Part shown: one piece after another, positions 6,632-14,373 of the stretch
Layout: every line of letters begins with the position of its first letter
How positions within the stretch are numbered: position 1 is the stretch's first letter
Virus record (IMG/VR): IMGVR_UViG_3300044564_000025
From: a virus
DNA length: 33,662 nucleotides
Reading direction: 5' to 3' (one strand)
The notes under the pieces: model-generated
What the model saw: the letters and a program-made list of their open reading frames with translations, nothing else
Told to the model about the DNA's origin: nothing
The model's database searches: none
Translations under genes and position numbers: made by a program

Positions 6632-7781
6632 TTCTCCCCCTCTCGAATCTCATGGCAGACACGATGTTCTTCGTACTTGCATTCACAATGACAACTATAT
6701 CATCCTTGAAATAGTAAAGGCAGAGCTTGTCACCTTGCCCGTACCAGTCTCCATACGCCAGCGCGTCGCAGTTATCTATAACATCATTTGCGATTTTCGA
6801 ATACCTGTCGCGGTCCTTCTTCTTCGACGGATCTATCCCGAACTCTGGTCCGTGTTTTCTTACGTGATGACCGAATCCCTTTCCCGTCCATTTAAGGTCG
6901 GAGCTCGCGAACGGAGATCCTGCCGTTCCGTTCAGTTCTATCCCGGTCGCTATCTCTTTCTCGGCCTCTGTGTACACGGTGCCGTTATGGTGCTTCGCGT
7001 TTCTAACCTTGTAAGGGGTCCACGCGAATTGGCCTTTTCCCTTGTACAGCCAGTCACTGTCCATTCCACCCATCTCGCGGGTGAGGGCGTCCATCTGTTT
7101 GCGGTCCTCGCCGAACCTTAGCCCGGTGTGGTCCTCGATGACGCCCATGCGACGCCTCATGCCGTCCGGGTCGTACCCGCTGATCTTGGTTACGCCCTTG
7201 ACGCCAGGGACGACGATGCAGTCGCACCCGTCATGGGAAGCGGCGCCTGCCGACTGCTCGCTCCTGTAGTCGAAGTCGCGTGACGCGAGCATGTAGCACC
7301 AGGAGCACGTCTCGCGTCCCGTGGGGACGCGAGCGTACCTGACGTCGTTCCTGCTGCAGTTCCTCGCCATGTTCTGCATGGCGGACCTGTGCACGTAATA
7401 TGAGGCGAGGTCTGCGCTTGTGCCCTCGTAGCCCTCCCAGTCCGGTTCATCGCCCGCTATGGCGCGGACGTAGTACCTGACCTTCTCCTCCATCTTGTCA
7501 TCGTCGATGAGGCCGTCGAAGATCTGGGCTGGGTCCGCCCCTAGCCCCTCGGCCTCGCTTATCTCGTCGAATAGCTCGGCCGACAGCGCCTGGGCCTGGT
7601 CACCGAAGACTCCGAGGCAGTCATGTATGATGCCGATCGTCTTGTCGCGCACGTCCGCGACGGGCATCTCCCTGATTCCGGGCTCTGACTCGAGGCGCGC
7701 GATGACGTAGGACTTCGCGTCAGCCTGCTGCTGCGCCAGTTGGAGTCGATACCTTGTCAGCTCCGCCTGCGTTATCTGCAA
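6591..7781 (-). CDS. MuF/SPP1-gp7-type minor head protein fused to an unassigned C-terminal domain (about residues 240-396)
   Basis: The N-terminal part carries ...VRYARVPTGRETCSWCYMLASRDF...ASHDGCDCIVVPG (MuF hallmark) and follows the portal gene. The TTG start at 7781 overlaps the portal 3' end by 62 nt, so the start is uncertain. The C-terminal part is encoded in lower-GC DNA. Confidence 0.85.
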   Translation of the reverse strand: MQITQAELTRYRLQLAQQQADAKSYVIARLESEPGIREMPVADVRDKTIGIIHDCLGVFGDQAQALSAELFDEISEAEGLGADPAQIFDGLIDDDKMEEKVRYYVRAIAGDEPDWEGYEGTSADLASYYVHRSAMQNMARNCSRNDVRYARVPTGRETCSWCYMLASRDFDYRSEQSAGAASHDGCDCIVVPGVKGVTKISGYDPDGMRRRMGVIEDHTGLRFGEDRKQMDALTREMGGMDSDWLYKGKGQFAWTPYKVRNAKHHNGTVYTEAEKEIATGIELNGTAGSPFASSDLKWTGKGFGHHVRKHGPEFGIDPSKKKDRDRYSKIANDVIDNCDALAYGDWYGQGDKLCLYYFKDDIVVIVNASTKNIVSAMRFERGRNGELTSVWNSVHK

Positions 7782-9204
7782 CCGGCGTCACCTGCCTGTT
7801 CCTGTCGAGTATCGCCTGCGCACCGGCGAGCGCCTGGCTCCTGCGCCTGTCGCTCCTGAGCTGCGCGATCTGCTCGTCGTCGTAGCCGAGCTCGCGGAGC
7901 GTCACGTCGGAGTCGGCGAGCCACGGGATGGCGCTCACCTGTTTGACCATGGCGTCGGACTGCGAGACCACGGACGGCATGGACGGGTTGCGGAAGTGCA
8001 CGGAGATGGTGCCGAGCTCCTGTGCCGCCTGGCCGTAGGAGACGTTCTCGTGGGCCGCCCACGCCATGCGGCAGAGCGACTGCGTGGACTGCTTCCAGCC
8101 GTCCACGTAGTGCTGGATGTCGACGACCGCGTCCTCCTTGGAGGCGTAGATGGCCTCGGCGGAGCTCGGGTTGTCGCTCACCACGCCGAGGGACGAGAGC
8201 GGCACGCCCGTGGAGCCCGAGAACTGGGACGCGAGCGAGCGCATGTAGTCCACGTGTGGCTGCATCGAGCCCTGGGCGAGCTGCCCGAACTGGGGCGTCT
8301 GGCCGTCCCTGGCGGGCGTCGCCGCGAAGATCGAGCCGATGTAGGCGCCGAACGGCGAGCTCTTGATCGCCTCCATCGCCTTGGGCGAGGCGTTCATGAG
8401 GAACTTCTGCGGGGCCGCGGCGAACGCGGCCGCGACGGTCATGTTGAGCATCTCGCGCTGGGCGTCGTCCACGTAGTTCATGACGGAGCGCGTGATGCGC
8501 GAGCGGCCGAACGGGTTGTCGAGCGTCGGGTGGTAGGCGACGTGCACCATGGGCGCGCGGCCCATCGAGTGCGGCGCGTACTCGGCCGACCAGCCGTCCG
8601 GGCCGTGCCTGAGCGTGATGACGCTCTCGTCCGTGAGCACGTCGACCACCGAGGGCCGGCGCACGTGGCTGTTGCGCAGGCGCTCCGTGGCCACGACGAC
8701 CATGCCGGCCGTGATGCGCCTGAGCTCCTGCGACCAGACGGCGCTCGCCGCCGTGGCCGGGTAGCCCGAGATCACGACGGGCTGCTCGCCCCTCTCGGTG
8801 TCGCCGAGCGTCACGGCCATGAAGGCGCACGCGTGGCGCAGCGACGCCGAGGCGGTCAGGTGGACGAGCTGCTTCATGGAGTTGCCGTCGAGGATGGCGC
8901 CGAGATCGTCCTCGGTGCCGTCCGCGGCGCCGGAGAGCGTGACGCCCTCGTACTGGACGCGGTCCGCCCACCAGTCCACGCACTTCGCGGCCCAGTCCAC
9001 GCGGGGGTCGAGCTTGCGCACGAGCTCCTTCTGGACGCTGATGCCGATGTCCTTCACGCGCACGTGGCCGCGGTAGTAGTCGTCGCGCAGGCGGTTCCTG
9101 GCGTAGTGCTCCCTCCACGTGTCGACGAGCCTCGCGACTGTGGCCGCGTCCTCGGGGTCGAGACCCTTGGCGCGGGCGACCTCCTGTCCGAGAGTGAGAC
9201 TCAA
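7720..9204 (-). CDS. Portal protein
   Basis: 494 aa, directly after TerL. The TTG start overlaps the TerL stop (TTGA). The sequence ...DDYYRGHVRVKDIGISV...PQKFLMNASP... resembles SPP1-type portals. Confidence 0.9.
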   Translation of the reverse strand: MSLTLGQEVARAKGLDPEDAATVARLVDTWREHYARNRLRDDYYRGHVRVKDIGISVQKELVRKLDPRVDWAAKCVDWWADRVQYEGVTLSGAADGTEDDLGAILDGNSMKQLVHLTASASLRHACAFMAVTLGDTERGEQPVVISGYPATAASAVWSQELRRITAGMVVVATERLRNSHVRRPSVVDVLTDESVITLRHGPDGWSAEYAPHSMGRAPMVHVAYHPTLDNPFGRSRITRSVMNYVDDAQREMLNMTVAAAFAAAPQKFLMNASPKAMEAIKSSPFGAYIGSIFAATPARDGQTPQFGQLAQGSMQPHVDYMRSLASQFSGSTGVPLSSLGVVSDNPSSAEAIYASKEDAVVDIQHYVDGWKQSTQSLCRMAWAAHENVSYGQAAQELGTISVHFRNPSMPSVVSQSDAMVKQVSAIPWLADSDVTLRELGYDDEQIAQLRSDRRRSQALAGAQAILDRNRQVTPVADNAGGADKVSTPTGAAAG

Positions 9205-10793
9205 AAGAACACCTCCATGTCATCGTCGGGACCTGCCGCCCCGGCCGTCCTCTGCGCGGCCCAGTGCGCTATGGCCGCTGCCTCCGCCGCGGTGGGGCTG
9301 TCGCCGCCGAAGCCCCAGCCGCCCATGCTACCGATGCGGCGGCGCGTGACGGTGAGCACGCTCTCCGTGAGCATGTCGGGGACCTCCCTGCCCTCATCGT
9401 CCGTGGCGCCGTCCGAGTACCACTCGAGCGTGCGCTCACGCACGGCGTCCAGGAACGACTGGGCGTACTCGGTGACCTCGCCAGTCCTGACGAGGTGCAC
9501 GTCCTGCGGCTCGCGCGGCCACTGGTCGAGATCCGGGTGCTCCGTCGCGCGCTCGATGCGGGCGCGCTCGGCGAGCGTCTTGGCGCCCGACTTGCCGTCG
9601 ACGGCCCACGCGGCGCCCGTCGCGTCCGATGCGATCGCGTGGACGAGGCCCGAGATGCCGTGCGTTGTCGGTCCGCAGCTCACGAGCTCGACGTGTATGT
9701 GGCCGTCTTCGAGCCTCACGGCCACGGCGACGGCGACCGTCCCTCCGTCCGGCGAGAACTTGACTCCGAACGCCGACGGGTCGCCGGACGGGGCCGCGTG
9801 AGACGCGCACGCCGCCCACTCGCCCCTTGAGACGAGAGCGTCGTGGCGCGCCGCGTCGTACCAGTAGCCCAGGTACTCCTGGGCGAAGCCGAAGGCGTCG
9901 AGCCTGCGGCGCCCGACCCTGATGGCGCGTATGTCGGCCACGCCGGAGGCGAGCGCGGGGTGGACCCTCATCCACCTCTGCTCGTCGTCCACGTCGCCGA
10001 CCTCGCCCACGCCCCACTCCCACCAGCACGTGTCAGGCGCCTTCCTGAGGGCGTCGGCGCGGAGCTCGCGGAAGCTCGTCCCGTGCGATCCCGGGCGCGT
10101 GGGCGTCCCGAGGTATACGAACTGCAGGTCGTGGAGCGCTCCCGACGTCGTGGTCGGGATGATCACCTGCTCCTGCTCGCTCGTGAGCTCCTGCGCCTCG
10201 TCGTACACGACGAGGTCGAAGGTGTAGCCGAGCGAGGCCGACTTCGTTCGCGTTGAGAAGTGGATGCTGCCCTCCGGGGCGCCCTCGTATGGGGCCTCGA
10301 AGAAGAACGACTCCTGGGCGGTCTTGGCCGACACGCCGCGGAGCCTCGCGTTTATCGCCGGGTAGCGCGCAGCGGGGTCCCTCGGCTTGGTGCCGAAGAT
10401 CGTGCGGAAGCGCCGGTACATCTCCGACGTGGTCGAGTAGTTGTGGTCGGTCCAGAGGACGGTGGCGCCCTCGGCGAGCGCGCGGTACGCGGCCCAGATG
10501 ATGCCGACGATTGACTTGCCGCACTGGCGCGGGATGGAGCCGCCGATCACCGGGTTCGCGTAGTGCGAGCCGTCCTCGGAGCGCCCTCCCATGTCCATGA
10601 GCATGGCGCGCTGCCACTCCTGGCACGGGTAGCCCATCATGGCGCCGAGCTCCGCCGCGGCCGCGCCGCGCGAGCCGGCCTCGTCGTACGGCATCGAGAG
10701 GTGGACGTTTGGCGGGAGGTACCTAGAGCCTGAGGACCTCCGCGAGCCCTCCGCCTCCGCCATAAGCCGCTCGAGCCTGCTTGCCACCGCCAT
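9201..10793 (-). CDS. terL: Terminase large subunit
   Basis: Walker A-like GGSIPRQCGKS and Walker B-like FDLVVYDEAQE, about 530 aa. The start is uncertain: ATG 10793 overlaps TerS by 71 nt, with alternatives at 10763 and 10694. Confidence 0.9.
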   Translation of the reverse strand: MAVASRLERLMAEAEGSRRSSGSRYLPPNVHLSMPYDEAGSRGAAAAELGAMMGYPCQEWQRAMLMDMGGRSEDGSHYANPVIGGSIPRQCGKSIVGIIWAAYRALAEGATVLWTDHNYSTTSEMYRRFRTIFGTKPRDPAARYPAINARLRGVSAKTAQESFFFEAPYEGAPEGSIHFSTRTKSASLGYTFDLVVYDEAQELTSEQEQVIIPTTTSGALHDLQFVYLGTPTRPGSHGTSFRELRADALRKAPDTCWWEWGVGEVGDVDDEQRWMRVHPALASGVADIRAIRVGRRRLDAFGFAQEYLGYWYDAARHDALVSRGEWAACASHAAPSGDPSAFGVKFSPDGGTVAVAVAVRLEDGHIHVELVSCGPTTHGISGLVHAIASDATGAAWAVDGKSGAKTLAERARIERATEHPDLDQWPREPQDVHLVRTGEVTEYAQSFLDAVRERTLEWYSDGATDDEGREVPDMLTESVLTVTRRRIGSMGGWGFGGDSPTAAEAAAIAHWAAQRTAGAAGPDDDMEVFF

Positions 10794-11181
10794 CGAGCGC
10801 GATCATCTCCTGTATGGTCTTTCGGTACTCGGGGGCGAGCCGCGCCACGTCGGCCGGCGCCGCGCCCTGCATCGAGTCCCATATGAGGTCCCGCAGGCCC
10901 GCGAGGCGCTGGTGGTCGGTCATGGCCGTCCCGATGGAATCGCGGCCCTGGCGGGCGTCCACGATGTGCATCAAACTGCCGACCTTGGGCCTCTCGTCCA
11001 TCGGGGCCTTCGGCTCATCGGCCGAGTCGTCGCGGAGGTGCATGTCGAGTATCTTCTTGTAGACCCCGCTCCTGCTCCTCCCGAGGTGGGAGGCCATTTC
11101 CTCGGTGGTCTTGGTCTCCCAGTTGGCCCGGATGTAGTCGAGCTCGCGCTGCGTGTAGCGTTTCGCGAAAGTCATGTCCAT
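10723..11181 (-). CDS. terS: Terminase small subunit (HTH-containing)
   Basis: MDMTFAKRYTQRELDYIRANWETKTTEEMASHLGRSRSGVYKKI...; GGAGG lies upstream of ATG 11181 (second ATG at 11175). It is immediately upstream of TerL. Confidence 0.7.
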   Translation of the reverse strand: MDMTFAKRYTQRELDYIRANWETKTTEEMASHLGRSRSGVYKKILDMHLRDDSADEPKAPMDERPKVGSLMHIVDARQGRDSIGTAMTDHQRLAGLRDLIWDSMQGAAPADVARLAPEYRKTIQEMIALDGGGKQARAAYGGGGGLAEVLRL

Positions 11182-11301
11182 CGGCCTCCGATGGAATCCG
11201 TGCATTTTGCCTGTCTGAAAAAATCGGGCACTATGCCGCCGGGAGAGCCGCTGGCCCTAGGGGAGGGCATGCCCCCCGACCCGAATGCATAAATCGGTCT
11301 T

Positions 11302-11661
11302 TCAGGTTTCTGTTTTCAGGTTTCCAAACCAGTCCCTGCTCGACGAGACGCGAGAAGGGCTCGACCCACGAGCACGAGCAGCCTGTGCCAGCACCCAAGC
11401 GACCGAACGGTTGCCTCGCCACTCGTTGCAGCGACGGTGCGCGGCCGCGAGGTTGGCGTGGTCCGTCGGCGAACCTCCGCAGCTCACGGGCACGAGCTCG
11501 TCGCACTCGAAGCTCATCGGGTGGCGGGCCGGCAGGGTGTAGTCGATGGTCGCCGGGCGTCCGAAAGCCTCGCAGATCCAGCACGGCCGACCCTGCGCGC
11601 GGAGCCAGGCGACGGCCTGACGGCGTGCGTTCCCGTTGCGCTGGCGGACGTTGTAGGCCAT
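11302..11661 (-). CDS. HNH endonuclease (packaging-associated)
   Basis: ...CWICEAFGRPA...ECDELVPVSCGGSPTDHANLAAAHRRCNEWRGN...; HNH motif. ATG 11661 is preceded by GGGGGTG. It sits next to the terminase genes. Confidence 0.85.
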   Translation of the reverse strand: MAYNVRQRNGNARRQAVAWLRAQGRPCWICEAFGRPATIDYTLPARHPMSFECDELVPVSCGGSPTDHANLAAAHRRCNEWRGNRSVAWVLAQAARARGSSPSRVSSSRDWFGNLKTET

Positions 11662-11734
11662 GGCCACCCCCTAGTGGCAGATGATTCCTTGCCATAACTA
11701 GTTCTTGTGGCGGGCCTAGCCGCGTCCTCGCAGG

Positions 11735-11998
11735 TCAAGCATGCTGCCATGGCAATCGCTCGTGGCAGGGGCGTGGCAGGCCGGTTATGCGCAGATCCAT
11801 GGGGCTTGACTCATTCCTGAAGCACTCCATGAGGTCCTCATACCTGACCTCGTACGCCCTGGCGTGGTCGCGCTCGTGCGCGCGAGTCGCCGGCCATCGC
11901 ACCGCCACGCCGAGGCAGCGGAGCTCCCTGAGCATCGCCCAGCTCATCGCGGTGTCGTATCGCGCCGCGATCCTCGCCATCGTCTCAAGGCTCGTCAT
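11735..11998 (-). CDS. Hypothetical protein
   Basis: 87 aa from ATG 11998 (GGGGG 4 nt upstream): MTSLETMARIAARYDTAMSWAMLRELRCLG... High GC3. The 5' part of track ORF 11735..12088 was trimmed. Confidence 0.5.
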   Translation of the reverse strand: MTSLETMARIAARYDTAMSWAMLRELRCLGVAVRWPATRAHERDHARAYEVRYEDLMECFRNESSPMDLRITGLPRPCHERLPWQHA

Positions 11999-12120
11999 CG
12001 TGCCCCCATACGCAGTGCGCCCGCGGGGCTTGGTGTCCCCACGGGCGCGAGTTCGCATGGTGCCATCTAAGCACAAATCATCAGGCACCGCCCGGCACGA
12101 CCCGGCACGACCTGGCAGGA

Positions 12121-12177
12121 TTCTCGTCGGACGTGCGCGGACGAGAAGGGCCCGGCCGCTCAGCTGCGACCGGGCCC
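12121..12177 (-). terminator. Two adjacent stem-loops downstream of hicB (candidate terminator)
   Basis: gggcccgg-N14-ccgggccc (12148-12177) is followed on the minus strand by ttctcgtc-N11-gacgagaa (12121-12147). The U tract is poor, so function is uncertain. Confidence 0.35.
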
Positions 12178-12206
12178 AAAGATGCCGACGGGATTCGGCA
12201 ACCAGA

Positions 12207-12629
12207 TTATACCCTGGCGACGTCGGCCTTGCGGGACTCGACCGACGCGCGGGAGACCATGCGCTTCGTGCCGTCCCTCCAGGACTCGAGCTTCCCCTCG
12301 TCGCACAGCTGCGTCACCCTGCCACGCGTGACGCCGAGCTCGCGCGCGGCGTCGGCGGCGGTCATCGCCGGGATGTCGCCGAGCGTGCGCGACACCGCCA
12401 CGGCGATCACCCTGCCGCCATGCCTCGGCTCATGGCCGAACGACATCCGTGGCGGCTCCTTCCCCTTCATGAGGTAGTCGTCAAGGAACATGGACAGCCA
12501 GTCCGCCGCGCTCTCGACGGCATCGTCAAGGTCATCGCCGAACGTGCCCTCGCGATCGAGCGACAGCGGCTCCGCTATCACGTTCCCGTCAGGCGACGTC
12601 CAGAACTCGAACTCGCATACGTAGACCAT
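12207..12629 (-). CDS. hicB: HicB-type antitoxin with C-terminal excisionase/MerR-like HTH
   Basis: N-terminal MVYVCEFEFWTSPDGNVIAEPLSLDREGTFGDDLDDAVESAADWL... is HicB/UPF0150-like. The C-terminal MTAADAARELGVTRGRVTQLCDEGKLESW is an HTH. AAGGAG lies 6 nt upstream. It directly follows hicA. Confidence 0.8.
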   Translation of the reverse strand: MVYVCEFEFWTSPDGNVIAEPLSLDREGTFGDDLDDAVESAADWLSMFLDDYLMKGKEPPRMSFGHEPRHGGRVIAVAVSRTLGDIPAMTAADAARELGVTRGRVTQLCDEGKLESWRDGTKRMVSRASVESRKADVARV

Positions 12630-12668
12630 TGGATCTCCTTTCGCACAGACGCCCCGAAGGGGGCGGGG

Positions 12669-12839
12669 CTATCTCAGCCCCGCCTGGCGAAGAATCCTCT
12701 TAGCCGTCTGGTCGTCTATCTCCTTGTGCCTCTTGACCAGCACCCACCTGTCGCCGTTGACGAACTTGTCGTGGTTGCCGCCGTGGATGCACACGTACCC
12801 AGCCGACTCGAGCATCCTTACCAAATCCCGTCGATGCAT
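12669..12839 (-). CDS. hicA: HicA-type mRNA interferase toxin (56 aa; not in the ORF track)
   Basis: Hand-translated: MHRRDLVRMLESAGYVCIHGGNHDKFVNGDRWVLVKRHKEIDDQTAKRILRQAGLR. This matches the HicA pattern (GG.H, H.KEI, I.KQAGL). GAGAGGAGG SD before ATG 12839; TAG at 12669-12671. Confidence 0.85.
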   Translation of the reverse strand: MHRRDLVRMLESAGYVCIHGGNHDKFVNGDRWVLVKRHKEIDDQTAKRILRQAGLR

Positions 12840-12866
12840 CTGACCTCCTCTCTTTCGACATCTAAT

Positions 12867-12895
12867 ATACTAAACACATGCTTACCTATTGTCAA
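12867..12895 (-). promoter_or_regulatory. Near-consensus sigma70-type promoter in front of hicA
   Basis: Minus strand TTGACA (12890-12895), 17 nt spacer, TAGTAT (12867-12872), in an A+T-rich 75-nt gap between the late-regulator stop (12916) and hicA. Confidence 0.6.
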
Positions 12896-12915
12896 CAGGC
12901 AATTTAAACAATCGC

Positions 12916-13410
12916 TTAGCCATCCTCGGCGAGCCCCAGCCCCCTGGCCATGCGCGCGACGCCGTACGAGTCCACCACGTCCATGGCCACGCCCACGGCG
13001 TCCCTGCACCAGCGTTCGCTCATGCCGGTGCCCTCGGCGACCTCGGGCCACGTGGCGGCCGCGCAGTAGCGCCACCAGAGCACGTCGGCGTACGGCGCCC
13101 CGAGTATCGCGCCCACGCCGCCCGTGCTCTGGTCGGCCCCGTAGATCACGTCGCACGCCGCGTCGATGAGACGGTAGTCCTCCTCGATGCGGCGCCTGTA
13201 CCTCGCCTCGTAGTCCATCCTCGCGTCGGTGGCGGCCATGGCGTCGTGGGAGCCGCCGCGGCCGCGCGGTCCGTACGTCTGCGCCCTCACGCCCTCGCGC
13301 GACTCCATGGCCTTGATCGTCCTGGACGTCCTGTCCGCGTCCCTGCTGGCGTCGCGCACCGCCTCGAAGAAGTCGCGCGCGCTCCCGTTCCCGTAGTCCT
13401 CTGGTACCAC
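12916..13410 (-). CDS. Putative late-gene transcriptional regulator (sigma-70 region-4-like / ArpU-RinA-like HTH)
   Basis: C-terminal ...ADVLWWRYCAAATWPEVAEGTGMSERWCRDAVGVAMDVV resembles a region-4 HTH. It is the last gene before the packaging module. The GTG at 13410 with GGGGG 7 nt upstream was chosen as start, but this is uncertain. Confidence 0.45.
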   Translation of the reverse strand: MVPEDYGNGSARDFFEAVRDASRDADRTSRTIKAMESREGVRAQTYGPRGRGGSHDAMAATDARMDYEARYRRRIEEDYRLIDAACDVIYGADQSTGGVGAILGAPYADVLWWRYCAAATWPEVAEGTGMSERWCRDAVGVAMDVVDSYGVARMARGLGLAEDG

Positions 13411-13630
13411 CGACGAACCCCCGTGACTAGAACGTGTGCCCGGAAAATTACACTCGCACCAGAGCGCTCGCACGCCAACTGGGATTCCGCCATCCAGCCG
13501 ACGTGCGAGCGCAACCTTGGGCATGCTGAAACTTACATTCGTCCCCCGTCCGCCCCAAGGCGACGCGGGCGAGAAGGACGGGGCCGTCCGCTCGATGGCG
13601 GGCGCCCCTCGGGCAGGCCAGTCCCCCTCT

Positions 13631-14143
13631 CTACCACTTGACCGAGATCTCCTCAACCGAGTACTCGCCGTCCATGGCGGCGACCTCCCGCGCCTTCTCC
13701 GAGATCTCCGCGGCCGTCAGGGCCTCGTCGTCGCTCGCGAACGCCATCACGTATCGGACCGTGCTCCCGCGGTGGTACGCGAGCGCGTACAGCCTATCGG
13801 GAAGCTTGCGACCGCTCTCCTTATCAGCCTCCGCCTGCTTTGCCTTGGTCTGCATGTCGTCCTCCGTTCCCCCTGGTTTCTTCACCACCGTCTGTGGCCT
13901 AGCGCCAACCTCCATCGTCTGAGGTATCGCGTCGGCCCACTTGAAGAACTTCTCGCGCACGTCCTGAAAGCACCCCACGAACTTCTGCTCCTGCTCGAGC
14001 CCTCTCGTCCTGCACACGCCCCAGTAGACGAGCCTCTTACGTGGGTTGGCGCCATCGACGTGGCGTTGGTTCGACTCTGGGTAGAGCGTGCACCCGTTAC
14101 GGCTCGCCAGCCTCGCGTGAGAGTTCCAGCGCCCCACCACCAT
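13631..14143 (-). CDS. Hypothetical protein
   Basis: 170 aa from ATG 14143, overlapping the upstream TGA (TGATG): MVVGRWNSHARLASRNGCTLYPESNQ...KAREVAAMDGEYSVEEISVKW. Confidence 0.55.
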   Translation of the reverse strand: MVVGRWNSHARLASRNGCTLYPESNQRHVDGANPRKRLVYWGVCRTRGLEQEQKFVGCFQDVREKFFKWADAIPQTMEVGARPQTVVKKPGGTEDDMQTKAKQAEADKESGRKLPDRLYALAYHRGSTVRYVMAFASDDEALTAAEISEKAREVAAMDGEYSVEEISVKW

Positions 14144-14373
14144 CACCGTCCCCCATCGTGTTCCCTCTCGCTCCACCAGCTGCACACGTCGCACGGAAGG
14201 CGGCGCCCATCTCCGTCGCACGACTTCCCGTCCCACTGGGAGCACGTGTCGCAGCGCACCCCCATCTCCCACAGCACCGCGGACACCGCATCGACCAGCC
14301 GCTCGCGCGGGGTCAGCTCGTCCGCAAAGCCGCGCCCGTCCACGACGCCCGCCCCGACCTCGCTAGGACTCAT
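14143..14373 (-). CDS. Small Cys-rich protein (MSPSEVGA N-terminus)
   Basis: 76 aa; ...CDTCSQWDGKSCDGDGRRLPCDVCSWW... The ATG at 14373 lies inside the conserved junction GATGAGTCCTAG. Confidence 0.55.
   Translation of the reverse strand: MSPSEVGAGVVDGRGFADELTPRERLVDAVSAVLWEMGVRCDTCSQWDGKSCDGDGRRLPCDVCSWWSEREHDGGR

Noticed and set aside
7772-9223. 483-aa minus-strand ORF overlapping the portal gene
   Set aside because: It is an alternate frame of the portal gene, Arg-rich, and shows no family resemblance. The 7720..9204 frame gives a portal-like protein.
7996-9801. 601-aa plus-strand ORF, along with similar long antisense ORFs at 4125..5327, 11787..13169, 29340..30539 and 30888..31916 (plus) and 21842..23215 (minus)
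   Set aside because: These lie antisense to recognisable structural or integrase genes. They have low-complexity Arg/Ala/Gly/Pro composition and no SD. Stop codons are simply rare in GC-rich antisense frames.
12916-13656. Long N-terminal extensions of several track ORFs (12916..13656, 17003..17953, 16211..16843, 15993..16322, 3639..4313, 3379..3873, 2083..2784, 1655..2341)
   Set aside because: The upstream parts are Arg-rich, overlap the preceding gene and lack SD elements. Internal ATG or GTG starts with ATGA/TGATG coupling or GGAGG/GGGGG SD give compact, sensible proteins, so the ORFs were trimmed.
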